Assembly (NCBI GenBank): GCA_032718475.1
Contig: JAUCBJ010002213.1
Location: 1 to 41,400, forward strand
Direction: 5' to 3'
Length of the DNA: 41,400 nt
Source of the DNA: Nemertoderma westbladi
Taxonomy: Eukaryota; Animalia; Xenacoelomorpha
In this document: piece by piece, positions 21,720 through 33,860 of the stretch
Position numbering within the stretch: the stretch's first letter is position 1
Layout of the letters: every line of letters starts with the position of its first letter
Notes under the pieces: generated by a model
Databases searched by the model: none
What the model saw: only the letters and a program-made list of their open reading frames with translations
What the model was told of the DNA's origin: nothing
Position numbers and translations under genes: made by a program

Positions 21720-23113
21720 ATGCCGCTGCGACAATATTACGAGAAATTGGGGCATAACACCATCTTACTGGTTCTGACGTTACTTGTTCCGTGTTTCTTC
21801 ATTGCGACGATATTGTTCAGTAAGTTTGCAAGAGGGCACAGGAATCCTATAGTGATGCCGAATTTACTTATTTTTATGTTTTTTTTTAATTTTGCTGTGT
21901 CTGTGTGATGGTCAAGCTCAACAATAACTGCAGGACTTTACTATGTAAGTTCTAAGCAATGTTTGTCGTAAACCAGCAGTCTAAGCTCTGGAAATCAGAC
22001 CAGTTTAGTCGCTCCTATAAAAGGTGCAACTTTACGGGTGAATCCTTGCTGGGCAAGGGCAGTCATATTCATTACTGCTCAGTGCCCCTCTCATGACATT
22101 AGATCCTTGGGTGAAACAAGGAACATACTAACACGTTCAACACGCGCTCATATTACAGTATAAGGTGCTTTATCTATATACAATAATTGTAGTGGCACTT
22201 CATCGTCTTTGTAGGCTTTAATTAATAACATAAATAAATTATATTTTCTATATTTGCAGATGCTTTCGCATCGGACATTGGCGCAATATCAGACAAATAT
22301 TACCTTGAGATAACCCCTGCAGGATGGACATTCAGTATCTGGGGCGTCATATACACTTGGCAGGCTCTTTGGATTGTATACGCGGTAGTCAATCTCTTCC
22401 GTAAGACGGAACGGGGGCCAGATTACACGTACCCTGTGCTGCTTCCAGTACCTTATCTTGTCGGCTACATTCTCAATCTTGTATTTAACTGTGGATGGCT
22501 GAAATCTTTTGAAAAAGAAATGTTGGAGATAGCTTTTGCTTTACTTTTCCTGATTACCGCATCCTTATATTTCTGCTTGTTCTTCTCGTATAGAAGTCTG
22601 AATAAAGGAATGGATATTCTGATCCAGCAAGGGCGAACAAAAGATGTCTGGTTGACAAGGTTCCTGGTTCAAAATGGATTAAGTATATACGCGACCTGGT
22701 GCACTATTGCTACACTTCTGAATTTTGCCATGGTTCTTACTTATCGGTCCGCACACTTCAGCCAACAGGACGCTTCAACCACCAGCCTCAGCATCCTCAC
22801 AGCGGTGATTGCCCTGTTTTTAGTTGCCGATTGGTTTTTCCTAGACCAGTACACCCGGTACACATTCACACCTTACATCGTCCTGGTTGTCGCTTTAATC
22901 GGAAGTTTGGCTAAGAATTATGAAGATGGAGCAAGAAACACAATATTTACAATCGTTCTACTCTCACTATCGAGTGTAGCAGCTCTCGTGAAGGCGGTTT
23001 TATTGTTATGGAGACACGTCGTAGAAGGGCGGCGTGTGATAATCAACAAAGAAACTGGAAAAGTACAAGAAGCGAGATGTTTAAACGAATGTGAACCGAA
23101 CGATTTGGTATAA
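21720..23113 (+). CDS. Two-exon multi-pass membrane protein (~317 aa) of the uncharacterised [11 protein letters not shown] family; exons 21720-21819 and 22260-23113
   Basis: A phase-1 intron runs from GTAAGT (21820) to ttgcAG (22259). The spliced frame reads ...[43 protein letters not shown]... and continues into ORF 22436..23113 (LVQNGLSIYATWCTIATLLN, many hydrophobic helices). Confidence 0.8.
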
Positions 23114-24169
23114 AACGTTATAAATATCGTCACATTATATTGTGTATGGGATGGGTACTGTATTGTTTACTGTATGTGTATAGTACTTTATAGACTATTA
23201 AGTAGTAGGCGTAAGTGAGCAGTGGGGAAGACTTGACTTTTTTGAATAACTCAAAAACTATTGTAAATTATTTGACAATACCACACAATAAAATCTCAAA
23301 AACTATTGTAAATTTTTTGACAATACCACACAATAATATGTAAAATACATGTAGGCTACACCCGCGCAACAATGTTTCATTATATTTTGGTTAATTTTGT
23401 TTTATTGCCAATAAACGTTTTCTGGGTTCAAAAGTAAAATTTTACCCTTTACAACAAATGAAAATACGTACCCTTATTTTATGTTAGGTTAATTGTAATT
23501 ATCCACATGTTTTGACTATTAATTGCCAATTCTCCTGCCATATATTGTTTTACAGTTTTGTTTCAGCCGTTTTCAAATTATATCAATTAAAATAAAAAAA
23601 AGTCCATGTGGGGAGACATGACGCCCGAGTGTGAGGGAGACTTGAACCGGCCAATGCTTAAGGTCTACCTAGAGATACACCCCGTAGAGAAGCATTACAC
23701 CAGGGAACTCCAACCGAGGTGAATGCCCCTTACACAGACCAAGCAATCAATGGGACGTGAATACAATGGAGAAAGCAGCCCTTTCCATTAACATTACCTT
23801 CCCTGCCTGCTTTATGCAGTTAGCCCATCTCTCTTAGAAGGCAACAAGCCAAGCCAAGCCAAGCCTAGCCTAGCCAAGCAACCCTTTCTTCCCTCTTTAT
23901 CAGACTGTGGTTTTATCATACGACGGACAACGGGTGATTGACAGCTTAAATTAAATACCGCGCTGCGTCAGGTGGCGGCACACATCAATTGCACTACAGG
24001 AAAACAATTAAAATGCGACTGCATTAATCCTACCCCCTCACCCTCACCACCCCCCCCCCCCCCCCCCCCTCCGGTTCCTGGATGTTCACGTTTCTTAGCT
24101 GTTTTTGTACGTTGTGGGGTGCAAATCACGGCCCCGAGGCAGCATAAATATAGGCATATATAAACTTAA

Positions 24170-24265
24170 TTAATAAACTAAATAAAAAACTAAACTAATA
24201 ATAAATAAAACTAATAAACTAAATAAAAAACTAAACTAATAATAAATAAAACTAATAAACTAAAT
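24170..24265. repeat. A-rich ~41-bp tandem duplication
   Basis: aataaactaaataaaaaactaaactaataataaataaaact is repeated twice plus a partial copy. Confidence 0.75.
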
Positions 24266-25230
24266 TATATACATCGATTTAAGGGTGCAAAATGACCACA
24301 AACAATAAATATTTGTGTTAAGTGGGTTTCAGAACTTTATTTAAATTAATTGCAAATTTGAAGGGAATGTTTTTACACCCTACTTTGTAATGAAAGTATG
24401 CAGCTCTATTGTTTCTCTTAAAGAACTACATACGGTTATATGGAAAGTCATCAAATTATACAGTAGGTTACATTATTTATCTGGTAAAGAAAGGGTGCAT
24501 TTGCCCCCCCCCCCCCCCCCCCCCCCCCCGCACCGTCAAATGAGCCGTTAAACACGTCAACATTAACAATACTGTATTGAATTATCAGCTAAAAAAGTTG
24601 TTTAGAAACGCTTAAAATTTTCTAGAATACCGGTATACAGTACAGAAATATACAGTATGTACAATGGCCTACTACATTATACGGCTGAACAGGTTGTCAA
24701 TTCGGCCTAGAAAAAAGAGGCCAGTTTTTTTACACTATTTTAATATGGGGAAATAATTACAATGAAGATAATTTTTTTAAAAATGAATAGCTAACATGTT
24801 CTGGAACACTTTCTATACAAATAGTAATAAGAACTAGCTACTACATATATTTATAGAAGGAAGTAAGATGTCGGAACCAGTGCTGAAATTACTAGCTAAA
24901 CGCCTAAAATACTAGCTACCATAAAATTTAGTAGGCCTATCTTGCTTAACAAATAAGGAGGCTTCAATTAGCCTACGTCCGTTGACCAAATTGCAGCAAA
25001 TGAAATTGTTATAGAACTCTCCCCATATCAAAATAGTGTCAAAAACACTGGCTTCTTTTTCTATGTCAAATCGACAACCCGTTAGGCCGTATATAGTAGG
25101 CCGTACTGCTAAATTTAAGTATTACTGTACATTGTTAAGCAACTTACAGCGGTTGTTAGCCAATAATTCAATTCTGCCTAATAAGACTGCCTTCTGCAGC
25201 AGGTATTCTGCAATGGTCTGGTCGGTAAAA

Positions 25231-27340
25231 CGAACTTAGATCCTGCAGGGCATGACTTTGATGTACTTAGATCTTTGCAAACTTAGGTCCTATATATGCG
25301 AACATAGATAGATCCTAACTGGGTGAATTTAGTTCCTAACTAGGTGAACTTAGATCCTAACTAGGTGAACTTAGATCCTAACTAGATGAACTTATAGATC
25401 CTAACTAGGTGAACTTAGATCCTAACTAGGCGAACTTAGATCCTAACTAGGCGAACTTAGATCCTAACTAGGTGAACTTAGATCCTAACTAGGTGAACTT
25501 AGATCCTAACTAGGTGAACTTAGATCCTAACTAGATGAACTTATAGATCCTAACTAGGTGAACTTAGATCCTAACTAGGTGAACTTAGATCCTAACTAGG
25601 CGAACTTAGATCCTAACTAGGTGAACTTAGATCCTAACTAGGTGAACTTAGATCCTAACTAGGTGAACTTAGATCCTAACTAGGTGAACTTAGATCCTAA
25701 CTAGGCGAACTTAGATCCTAACTAGGCGAACTTAGATCCTAACTAGGTGAACTTAGATCCTAACTAGGTGAACTTAGATCCTAACAAGATGAACTTATAG
25801 ATCCTAACTAGGTGAACTTAGATCCTAACTAGGCGAACTTAGATCCTAACTAGGTGAACTTAGATCCTAACTAGGCGAACTTAGATCCTAACTAGGTGAA
25901 CTTAGATCCTAACTAGGCGAACTTAGATCCTAACTAGGTGAACTTAGATCCTAACTAGGTGAACTTAGATCCTAACTAGGTGAACTTAGATCCTAACTAG
26001 GTGAACTTAGATCCTAACTAGGTGAACTTAGATCCTAACTAGGTGAACGTAGATCCTAACTAAGTGAACTTAGATCCTAACTAGGCGAACTTACAAGGTG
26101 AACTTAGATCCTAACTAGGTGAACTTAGATCCTAACTAGGTGAACTTAGATCCTAACTAGGTGAACTTAGATCCTAACTAGGTGAACTTAGATCCTAACT
26201 AGGTGAACTTAGATCCTAACTAGGCGAACTTAGATCCTAACTAGGTGAACTTAGATCCTAACTAGGCGAACTTAGATCCTAACTAGGTGAACTTAGATCC
26301 TAACTAGGCGAACTTAGATCCTAACTAGATGAACTTAGATCCTAACTAGGTGAACTTAGATCCTAACTAGGTGAACTTAGATCCTAACTAGGTGAACTTA
26401 GATCCTAACTAGATGAACTTATAGATCCTAACTAGGTGAACTTAGATCCTAACTAGGCGAACTTAGATCCTAACTAGGTGAACTTAGATCCTAACTAGAT
26501 GAACTTATAGATCCTAACTAGGTGAACTTAGATCCTAACTAGGTGAACGTAGATCCTAACTAGGTGAACTTAGATCCTAACTAGGTGAACGTAGATCCTA
26601 ACTAGGTGAACGTAGATCCTAACTAGGTGAACTTAGATCCTAGCTAGGTGAACGTAGATCCTAACTAGGTGAACTTAGATCCTAACTAGGTGAACGTAGA
26701 TCCTAACTTGGTGAACTTAGATCCTAACTAGATGAACTTATAGATCCTAACTAGGTGAACTTAGATCCTAACTAGGTGAACGTAGATCCTAACTAGGTGA
26801 ACTTAGATCCTAACTAGGTGAACTTAGATCCTAACTAGATGAACTTATAGATCCTAACTAGGTGAACTTAGATCCTAACTAGGTGAACGTAGATCCTAAC
26901 TAGGTGAACTTAGATCCTAACTAGGTGAACTTAGATCCTAACTAGGTGAACTTAGATCCTAACTAGGCGAACTTAGATCCTAACTAGGTGAACTTAAATC
27001 CTAACTAGGTGAACTTAGATCCTAACTAGGTGAACTTAGATCCTAACTAGGTGAACTTAGATCCTAACTAGGTGAACTTAGATCCTAACTAGGTGAACGT
27101 AGATACTAACTAGGTGAACTTAGATCCTAACTAGGCGAACTTAGATCCTAACTAGGTGAACTTAGATCCTAACTAGGTGAACTTAGATCCTAACTAGGTG
27201 AACTTAGATCCTAACTAGGTGAACTTAGATCCTAACTAGGTGAACTTATAGATCCTAACTAGGTGAACTTAGATCCTAACTAGGTGAACTTAGATCCTAA
27301 CTAGGTGAACTTAGATCCTAACTAGGTGAACTTAGATCCC
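25231..27340. repeat. 21-bp satellite (GAACTTAGATCCTAACTAGGT)n, roughly 95 copies
   Basis: Directly visible array with variants GGCG, GAACGT and a 23-bp AGATGAACTTATAG form. It degenerates at the left edge, and the consensus unit has stop codons in all six frames. Confidence 0.98.
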
Positions 27341-27415
27341 ACTTTATGCTATTAAAATAAAGCCTTTGTTAATCATCATGCCAGTCGCGATAAGCGAACT
27401 TAGATCCCACGTGTA

Positions 27416-29141
27416 CTGGAAATCGATCAATCTGCTTACTGGGCGGAAAAGCCAACCAACCACCAAGGTTAAGGCTGAATCACCAGCCGATCGCCTCAAT
27501 GGTTGGAAAGCCCACTTTGAAAAGCTCCTCAATAATGACAGGGTATTGCCTGATAACTTTATAGAAGTAAAAGTGTCTGAGTCTGTACTCCCAGATATTC
27601 CCATTGGCGATATCTCTTTTGCAGAAGTGAAGGCTGCTGCAAAGAGCATTAAGACCAATCGTGCCAGTGGAGTAGATGGTGTTCCCCCTGAGGTCTTTAA
27701 AATACCTGAGTGTTTAAAGCTCATCTATCCCATCATAGTAGACATGTACCGAACAACAAGAGTCCCACAAGAAATGAAAACAAATAAGTTGGTGCCAGTT
27801 CCCAAGAAGGGCAACCTAACACTCTATGGTTCTTTTCGGGGAATCTCATTGATCTCGATTGCTGCAAAGCTATACAATAGGATTCTATTAAATCGTATCA
27901 GGGATCCCATTGAGAGACTGCTCCGTGTAAATCAGAATGGGTTCCGTAAAGGTCGTGTGACCATGGAGCCCATTTTGGCACTTAGAAGGATAATTGAAGA
28001 GTTATCAAAAAAGAAAGACAGGCATCTGGCTGTTATCTTTGTTGACTTCTTCAAGGCCTTTGATTCAGTCTCTCGCTCACGTATGTTCAGCATACTTTCA
28101 TTATATGGGATTCCTGATGAAATTATTGCAGCAATCAGATCAGTATACGATGGTTCAACAACATTTGTGTCTACTGTTGGCGGTGACACAGAACCATTTG
28201 AAGTGTTATGGGGCGTCCTCCAAGGAGACACACTTGCACCATTCTTGTTCATTATTGTGGTTGACTATGTTCTACGCATGTCCTTAGATCATTATAATGA
28301 GATGGGGTGATGATAACTCCACCTACTGGCTCCAGAAGTCGAGGAAATCCTGCCAAGTACCTAACTGATCTAGACTTTGCTGATGACTTAGGAGTACTCT
28401 CAGAATCATTAGAGGGAGCCCAACGGCTCCTCAGCTCATTAGAACATGCTGCTTCTAGTGTTGGTCTTTTTATTAACTCCAGAAAGACCAAAATTCTGAC
28501 AGTTAACTTTGAAAGTCCTCAGCAAGTCTCTGATCGTATGAGCATAAGCTCAAAGGATGGTATGCTTGAGCATGTGGACGACTTCTGTTACCTGGGATCA
28601 TGGATCCGGAAGTCGAATACGTAAGGGAAAGGCATGGGCAGCCTTGAATAGGCTTTCTAGGATTTGGAAGTCACCGAGAATTAATCGGAAACTTAAGGTC
28701 CGATTATTTAGAGCAGCAGTAGTTCCAGTACTCCTCTACGGGAGTCCATGCTGGGCTCTAACTGCTGAGGACACCAAATCTCTGGATGCCACATTCACAA
28801 GAATGCTACGCCGGGTTCATTGTGTCAAGTACAATGCACACATCTCCAACCAGACACTATATAACATTGGAGGTGTCTCATTGGTTCCCCCAAGCTTGAC
28901 ACTAGAACAAAATCGCCTCCGCTTTGCAGGACATTGCTTTCGCCGTGAGGACCAGCCAGTGCATAATCTTGTACTTTGGCAGCCTCATGGAGTGAATAAG
29001 CATGGTGGACAGCCCATGACTTTCTTGAGACGCATCTTAAAGGACACTGGCCTTAAAGACGCGGATGATCTAGCAAATGTCATGGGTGATAGGGAGTTGT
29101 GGCGGTGCAATTTTGTTGACAAGCCGGCACAGCATTCTTAA
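27416..29141 (+). mobile_element. 5'-truncated RTE-type LINE (RT and C-terminal region; frameshifts near 28305 and 28620)
   Basis: FRGISLISIAAKLY, QNGFRKGR, FVDFFKAFDSV, GVLQGDTLAPFLF, DLDFADDL, FCYLGS, KVRLFRAAVVPVLLYG, RLRFAGHCFR. No endonuclease domain is present. Confidence 0.92.
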
Positions 29142-29157
29142 AAATGCAGCTGCAATG

Positions 29158-29620
29158 CGATTTAATAGAATTCTATTGTAGCTTTGCAGCAATCGAGATC
29201 AATGAGATTCCCCGAAAAGAACCATAGAGTGTTAGGTTGCCCTTCTTGGGAACTGGCACCAACTTATTTGTTTTAATTTCTTGTGGGACTCTTGTTGTTC
29301 GGTACATGTCTACTATGATGGGATAGATGAGCTTTAAACACTCAGGTATTTTAAAGACCTCAGGGGGAAGACCATCTAATCCACTGGCACGATTGGTCTT
29401 ATGCTTTTTGCAGCAGCCTTCACTTCTGCAAAGAAGATATCGCCAATGGGAATATCTGGGAGTACAGACTCAGACACTTGTACTTCTATAAAGTTATCAG
29501 GCAATACCCTGTCATTATTGAGGAGCTTTTCAAAGTGGGCTTTCCAACCATTGAGGCGATCGGCTGGTGATTCAGCCTTAACCTTTGGTGGTTGGTTGGC
29601 TTTTCCGCCCAGTAAGCAGA
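29158..29620 (-). repeat. Inverted duplicate of 27431-27895 (5' part of the adjacent RTE)
   Basis: The reverse complement matches from tctgcttactgggcggaaaagcc to ttctattaaatcg. ORF 29376..29660(-) repeats KVKAESPADRLNGWKAHFEKLLNNDRVLPDNFIEV. Confidence 0.95.
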
Positions 29621-30642
29621 CAGGCAGACAGGAGTAATGCTGTAATGTGGAATGTGGCAATAATCAGATAATATCGGAAATTCCGCTAAATGTCTCAGAT
29701 TATGACAGTATGACTTACTGCAGTACTGTAGGGTTAGGTTTAATTTACAACTTAAAAATTGAATTAAAAATTATAATTGAATCAGTGAATAGGGGCCTAT
29801 CTGCCCTATATTACCTATCTGCCTATTGCTGTATTGTATATTACTGTCAGACTGTATTAGACTGTTAGGAGATTAGACCTACTTGCCTACTGCATTTGCA
29901 GTACTGTCAGACTGTACTGTAATTGAATACCGTACCTATTAGGCCTACAGTATTAAAATTGAATAAAAATTATTTAAAAATTTAAATAATTAGGCCTACC
30001 GGTATTTCAACTCAGTTGAAATTTGAACTTCTTCTGCTCTGCCTGGCTTCGGGCCATCTGCCATCGGCTGGAGATCGATGGCTGGATGGCACGATGGTGT
30101 TTTGTAGTGTACTCTGCTGTCTGGCTGTGCTGTAGCTGTGTAGGGGTAGGCAATTAAAGTTTATGTCTGTCTGTGTTTGCTTGCAGCCTTGTCAGCCTGT
30201 CTGCCTGTCAATTTACAGATTTAATATGTTTGGGAAAGCTGGAAAGTGTCTGGCTGGGCGCCGGGAGCTCTAAAATATGCCAGTATGCTGTGCTGATACT
30301 GTGATATGATATATCAGTATATACAGATATAGGCAGGGCTGCAGGGCGGTACCACCGACAACGACAACGACAATGAAAAATGTTTTACGAAATATTTAAT
30401 GAAATTCCTATCCTATTATGCTCTAGGCCTAAATAAATATTGTAACCATACCTAAACAGCTAAATACTGCAATAGGGTACAGAAACAACCTATCACTGTA
30501 TCCAGGTATCAGTCTTTCCTAATTCAGTAATTGTTAATTAATCATAGCCTACAACAGTACAAACACAGAAATATAATTGTTTAAAACATTGCTCTATCTC
30601 TATCTGTCTGTCTGTGTATGGCCTTCATTGTTACCGGCTACT

Positions 30643-31737
30643 ATGTTGGCTACTCATTCCGCCGCTGTTGATTTGGGGTTTGCTGAAGAGATTTTAGAAG
30701 AAGAGAGATGGCAATTAAATAGTCAATATTTCCCGTCAAAGATAGGAGGTTATCCCGCATGGCTCGATCTGAAAGACATACTGGGACCAGAATCATTAGC
30801 TTGTCACATTTGCAAAGAACCTTGCATCTTCCTCCTGCAGTTGTATGCACCTGGATCTAGGAACTCAGCTTTTCATCGAAGCGTGTATTTGTTTTGCTGT
30901 CACAATGTTGATTGCTATTCTAAACCCAATGACTCTTCACCATTCCGTGTATTTAGATGCCAATTAGCGATAGCGAATACTTTCTACCCAGAAGTACCAC
31001 CCAGCTTAGAGACGCCACCCAGTAGTTTTATACTCCCTAGTGACCACGGGGTAACTCTTTGTATAGTGTGCGGATGTAAGTCAACTAAAACCTGCGCCGG
31101 ATGTTCAAGGGCTAGCTACTGCTGCAAGGCGCATCAAACAATTGATTGGAAAAATGGCCATAAGCAAATGTGCACAACAGGACAACTACCGGTATGTCAG
31201 TACAATGTAGTATCTGGGATACTTTTCCCTGAGTTTAATTTGCTTTGCGATGAAGAACCAGTGGGCAATGATACAAACAATGGTGGAGATTCTCTGAAAA
31301 TTGATGATAATGCAAGTCAATTATTTGACATGGTCGCATCAAATTCTCAGGACCATGAAGCGGCGGGATTAGAATCAATAGCCAGGAAAGAGACTTCCGA
31401 AGATAAGGTGTTCAAGGCGGCAAAGAAGAGAATCTCGAGAGAACCTACACAGGTTCTGCGACATCAGTTGGCTGGTTCTCCGCTGTGGTTATCAGAGGAC
31501 CATTGTGCTAAAGAAATGGACATCCCTCCTTGCCCCTACTGCAACGCTGCAAGACACTTTGAGTTCCAGGTTATGCCGCATCTATTGAGTACGATGAAGG
31601 TGGATCGTGTGGGTTGTTCCATCGATTGGGCAACTTTGGTTGCGTACACTTGCTCGGAAAGTTGCAGCGAGGGTCCGGCTTACAAGGAGGAATATATCTG
31701 GAAGCAGGACTACTCTCATAAACTATTACAGTTATAG
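30643..31737 (+). CDS. PDCD2: Programmed cell death protein 2 (MYND finger plus PDCD2_C domain), intronless CDS
   Basis: VDLGF, FPSKIGGYPAWL, FLLQLYAP, FHRSVYLFCC, MYND finger CIVCG...CAGC...YCCKAHQTIDW..GHKQMC, EPTQVLR, FEFQVMPHLL, IDWATLVAYTC. The first in-frame ATG is at 30643. Confidence 0.95.
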   Translation: MLATHSAAVDLGFAEEILEEERWQLNSQYFPSKIGGYPAWLDLKDILGPESLACHICKEPCIFLLQLYAPGSRNSAFHRSVYLFCCHNVDCYSKPNDSSPFRVFRCQLAIANTFYPEVPPSLETPPSSFILPSDHGVTLCIVCGCKSTKTCAGCSRASYCCKAHQTIDWKNGHKQMCTTGQLPVCQYNVVSGILFPEFNLLCDEEPVGNDTNNGGDSLKIDDNASQLFDMVASNSQDHEAAGLESIARKETSEDKVFKAAKKRISREPTQVLRHQLAGSPLWLSEDHCAKEMDIPPCPYCNAARHFEFQVMPHLLSTMKVDRVGCSIDWATLVAYTCSESCSEGPAYKEEYIWKQDYSHKLLQL

Positions 31738-32289
31738 AACCTAGGCAATAATTGTATGGTACATACATACATATTACATTTAATTATATCAAATAATTCT
31801 ATATAGTGATTATTGCAGTATGTACTAACTTCCAATCTTCATTTTTGTTAACCTTTATAAAAATAAAGCAATAAAAATACAATTGCATTATTGTTAACCT
31901 TGTATTTCATGTTTTCATGCAAATGCTTATAAGAAAACAACCTTTCTTGTAATTGTGTAATATATTTTTATATTTTTTAAATATTTTTGGACAAACACGT
32001 TTAGTCATCAAAATTTGGAAAGAAAACGATGGTAGAAATATTTAACTAGAGATTTAATATCATATAACTAGAAAAAGTTGCGCTTCATCGTGGTATAAGT
32101 AGTAAGTATGTGAGGTATTAATTACTATGAGAGAGAATGTGGCAGCAATGAGATGTGTAATGTGTTAGCATCATTATTTCATAATGTTTTTTGTTTACAA
32201 AGATAGGCACGTCAGATTCTTGGCTATATACGGATACTTGTTTTAAATAGATTCACTGTCCGAGACAGGGGAAGGGGGGGGGGGGGGGG

Positions 32290-32660
32290 GGGGGACTTGA
32301 CGCAAATCCTATCTCAGGTCAATTAATATCTCGCCTCGATGCTTAAATAAAATTATCAATTTAGGGAAAGGAGCAGGTTACAGTGGCACATTATCAAAAA
32401 CAATAAACTAAAAGCAATATAACAGGTTGCAGTTTTATTTTTGAGAGTAATCAGCTTTATTTGTGTATTTGAATTGCGTCGGAAGTCACCCCCCCCCCCC
32501 CCCATATCTATGCATCTGGTGGTGTACCCCATGCCGGCAAATAACAAGTATGGAATGTAAAAAGATATTCAGTCCATTCCTCCATGTAGCAGATAGGGGG
32601 GAGACTGGACGCAATAAAAATACATTCCTCTCCAGGGGAAATTGGACGCAAATAACTGCT
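32290..32660. mobile_element. MITE with GGGGAC-GACGCAA terminal inverted motifs, plus an adjacent inverted terminal fragment
   Basis: ggggacttgacgcaaat ... attgcgtcggaagtcacccc encloses the family core. 32595-32660 is the reverse complement of ~4548-4607. Confidence 0.7.
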
Positions 32661-32677
32661 AATTACTCTCAAAAATA

Positions 32678-33553
32678 ACCGTAACGTAACGTAACGTAAC
32701 CGTACCGTTTCCGTAACGTAAACCGTAACGTAATAGTACTATAGTAATAGTAAATAATTTTACTGTATATTTTTTCCGTAAACCGTAACGTAATAGCGTA
32801 ATATTTTGTTTTAGCTACCAAGCAATCATTTTGGACAGAAAAGTAAATCTTTCGACAAAAAACTTTCACTTTCAGTTGGACGTTCTAGCTAATCAATATA
32901 AAGCTAAATGCTTTAATAGGTTTTGTTTGTCTGTACACGGTCTTCTTATAGCCAGCTTCCTGCCTTCTCCAGTTATATATTTATGATGGAGTTTTAATTA
33001 ATAATTAATTAATAATTAAATTAAGTTTTAATAATTAATGTTAGGCTAACTAGGGCTACTGACTGAACTATTTATACTGAGTCTCTGCTCTATCCTAGCT
33101 GTAGCCTATAACAACGCAGTATGCTGTTGTAATGGTATAGATCATATATTAACAGGACAGGTCAGCAGGTTACATGGTAGGCCTACAGGGCCACCGCTAC
33201 CTGTATGTCTTATTATGACAACCTATTACAACACAAGCCAAGCCGTTCTACCAATTTAAAGATATTTTTACGTTAAGTTAATTTGCAATTTCAAAACATT
33301 GAAACTATAATTTTCCGATTTTCAGACAAAAATAGGATGAAACTTTAAATATATCTTTGTGGTCCTATAGCAATCTGAACCGGTTATTACGTTACGGTAT
33401 TTTCGGTAATACGCAATTATTTTTTCGGAATACAGTAACGTGTAACGTAATTTGAAAATTATTTCGTAATGTAATATCGTAACGTAAAATGTTCAGATTT
33501 TCAACCGTATCGTAACGTAATACCGTAACGTAACGTAACGTAAAACATCCGTG
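32678..33553. mobile_element. Non-autonomous DNA element with (CGTAA)n subterminal repeats
   Basis: Dense ccgtaacgtaacgtaac clusters at 32678-32800 and 33380-33545, ending in aaacatccgtg. The superfamily was not determined. Confidence 0.5.
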
Positions 33554-33860
33554 CCTCCAGGTATGCTACACACTGCTGAAAGATCCAACAATGCAATAAT
33601 GTATAGGGTTGACTTTGTATTAATCATTAATTAGCATTAGATGATTAGCTCCTACTACTACATGCAGTCTGTCCAATTTACTGGTACCAGAACTCTTCCT
33701 TTCCTATTGGTGGTAAATTCAAAATGTTTTAATTGTTTTGGTACAGCTATTTTGTATGCTTATGCTACTATAACTTCACATTAACTTACGTTTTAGTGGT
33801 CGTGTTTTCTAGACTATATCAGATAAACTTTTAGATTGTATTGCTTTTGCTTTTAATACC

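Noticed and set aside
23220-23800. Possible pogo/Tigger-like element end and HTH start (gggagacttga motifs, TMEKAALSI)
   Set aside because: The similarity is too short and degenerate to support without a search.
25231-27340. CRISPR array or telomeric repeat
   Set aside because: Units are head-to-tail with no unique spacers and no cas genes nearby. CCTAA is embedded in a 21-bp unit rather than forming (TTAGG)n, and genes lie on both sides.
30577-30642. N-terminal extension or signal peptide on PDCD2
   Set aside because: It depends on a TTG start called by the ORF finder. Homology begins just after the ATG at 30643.
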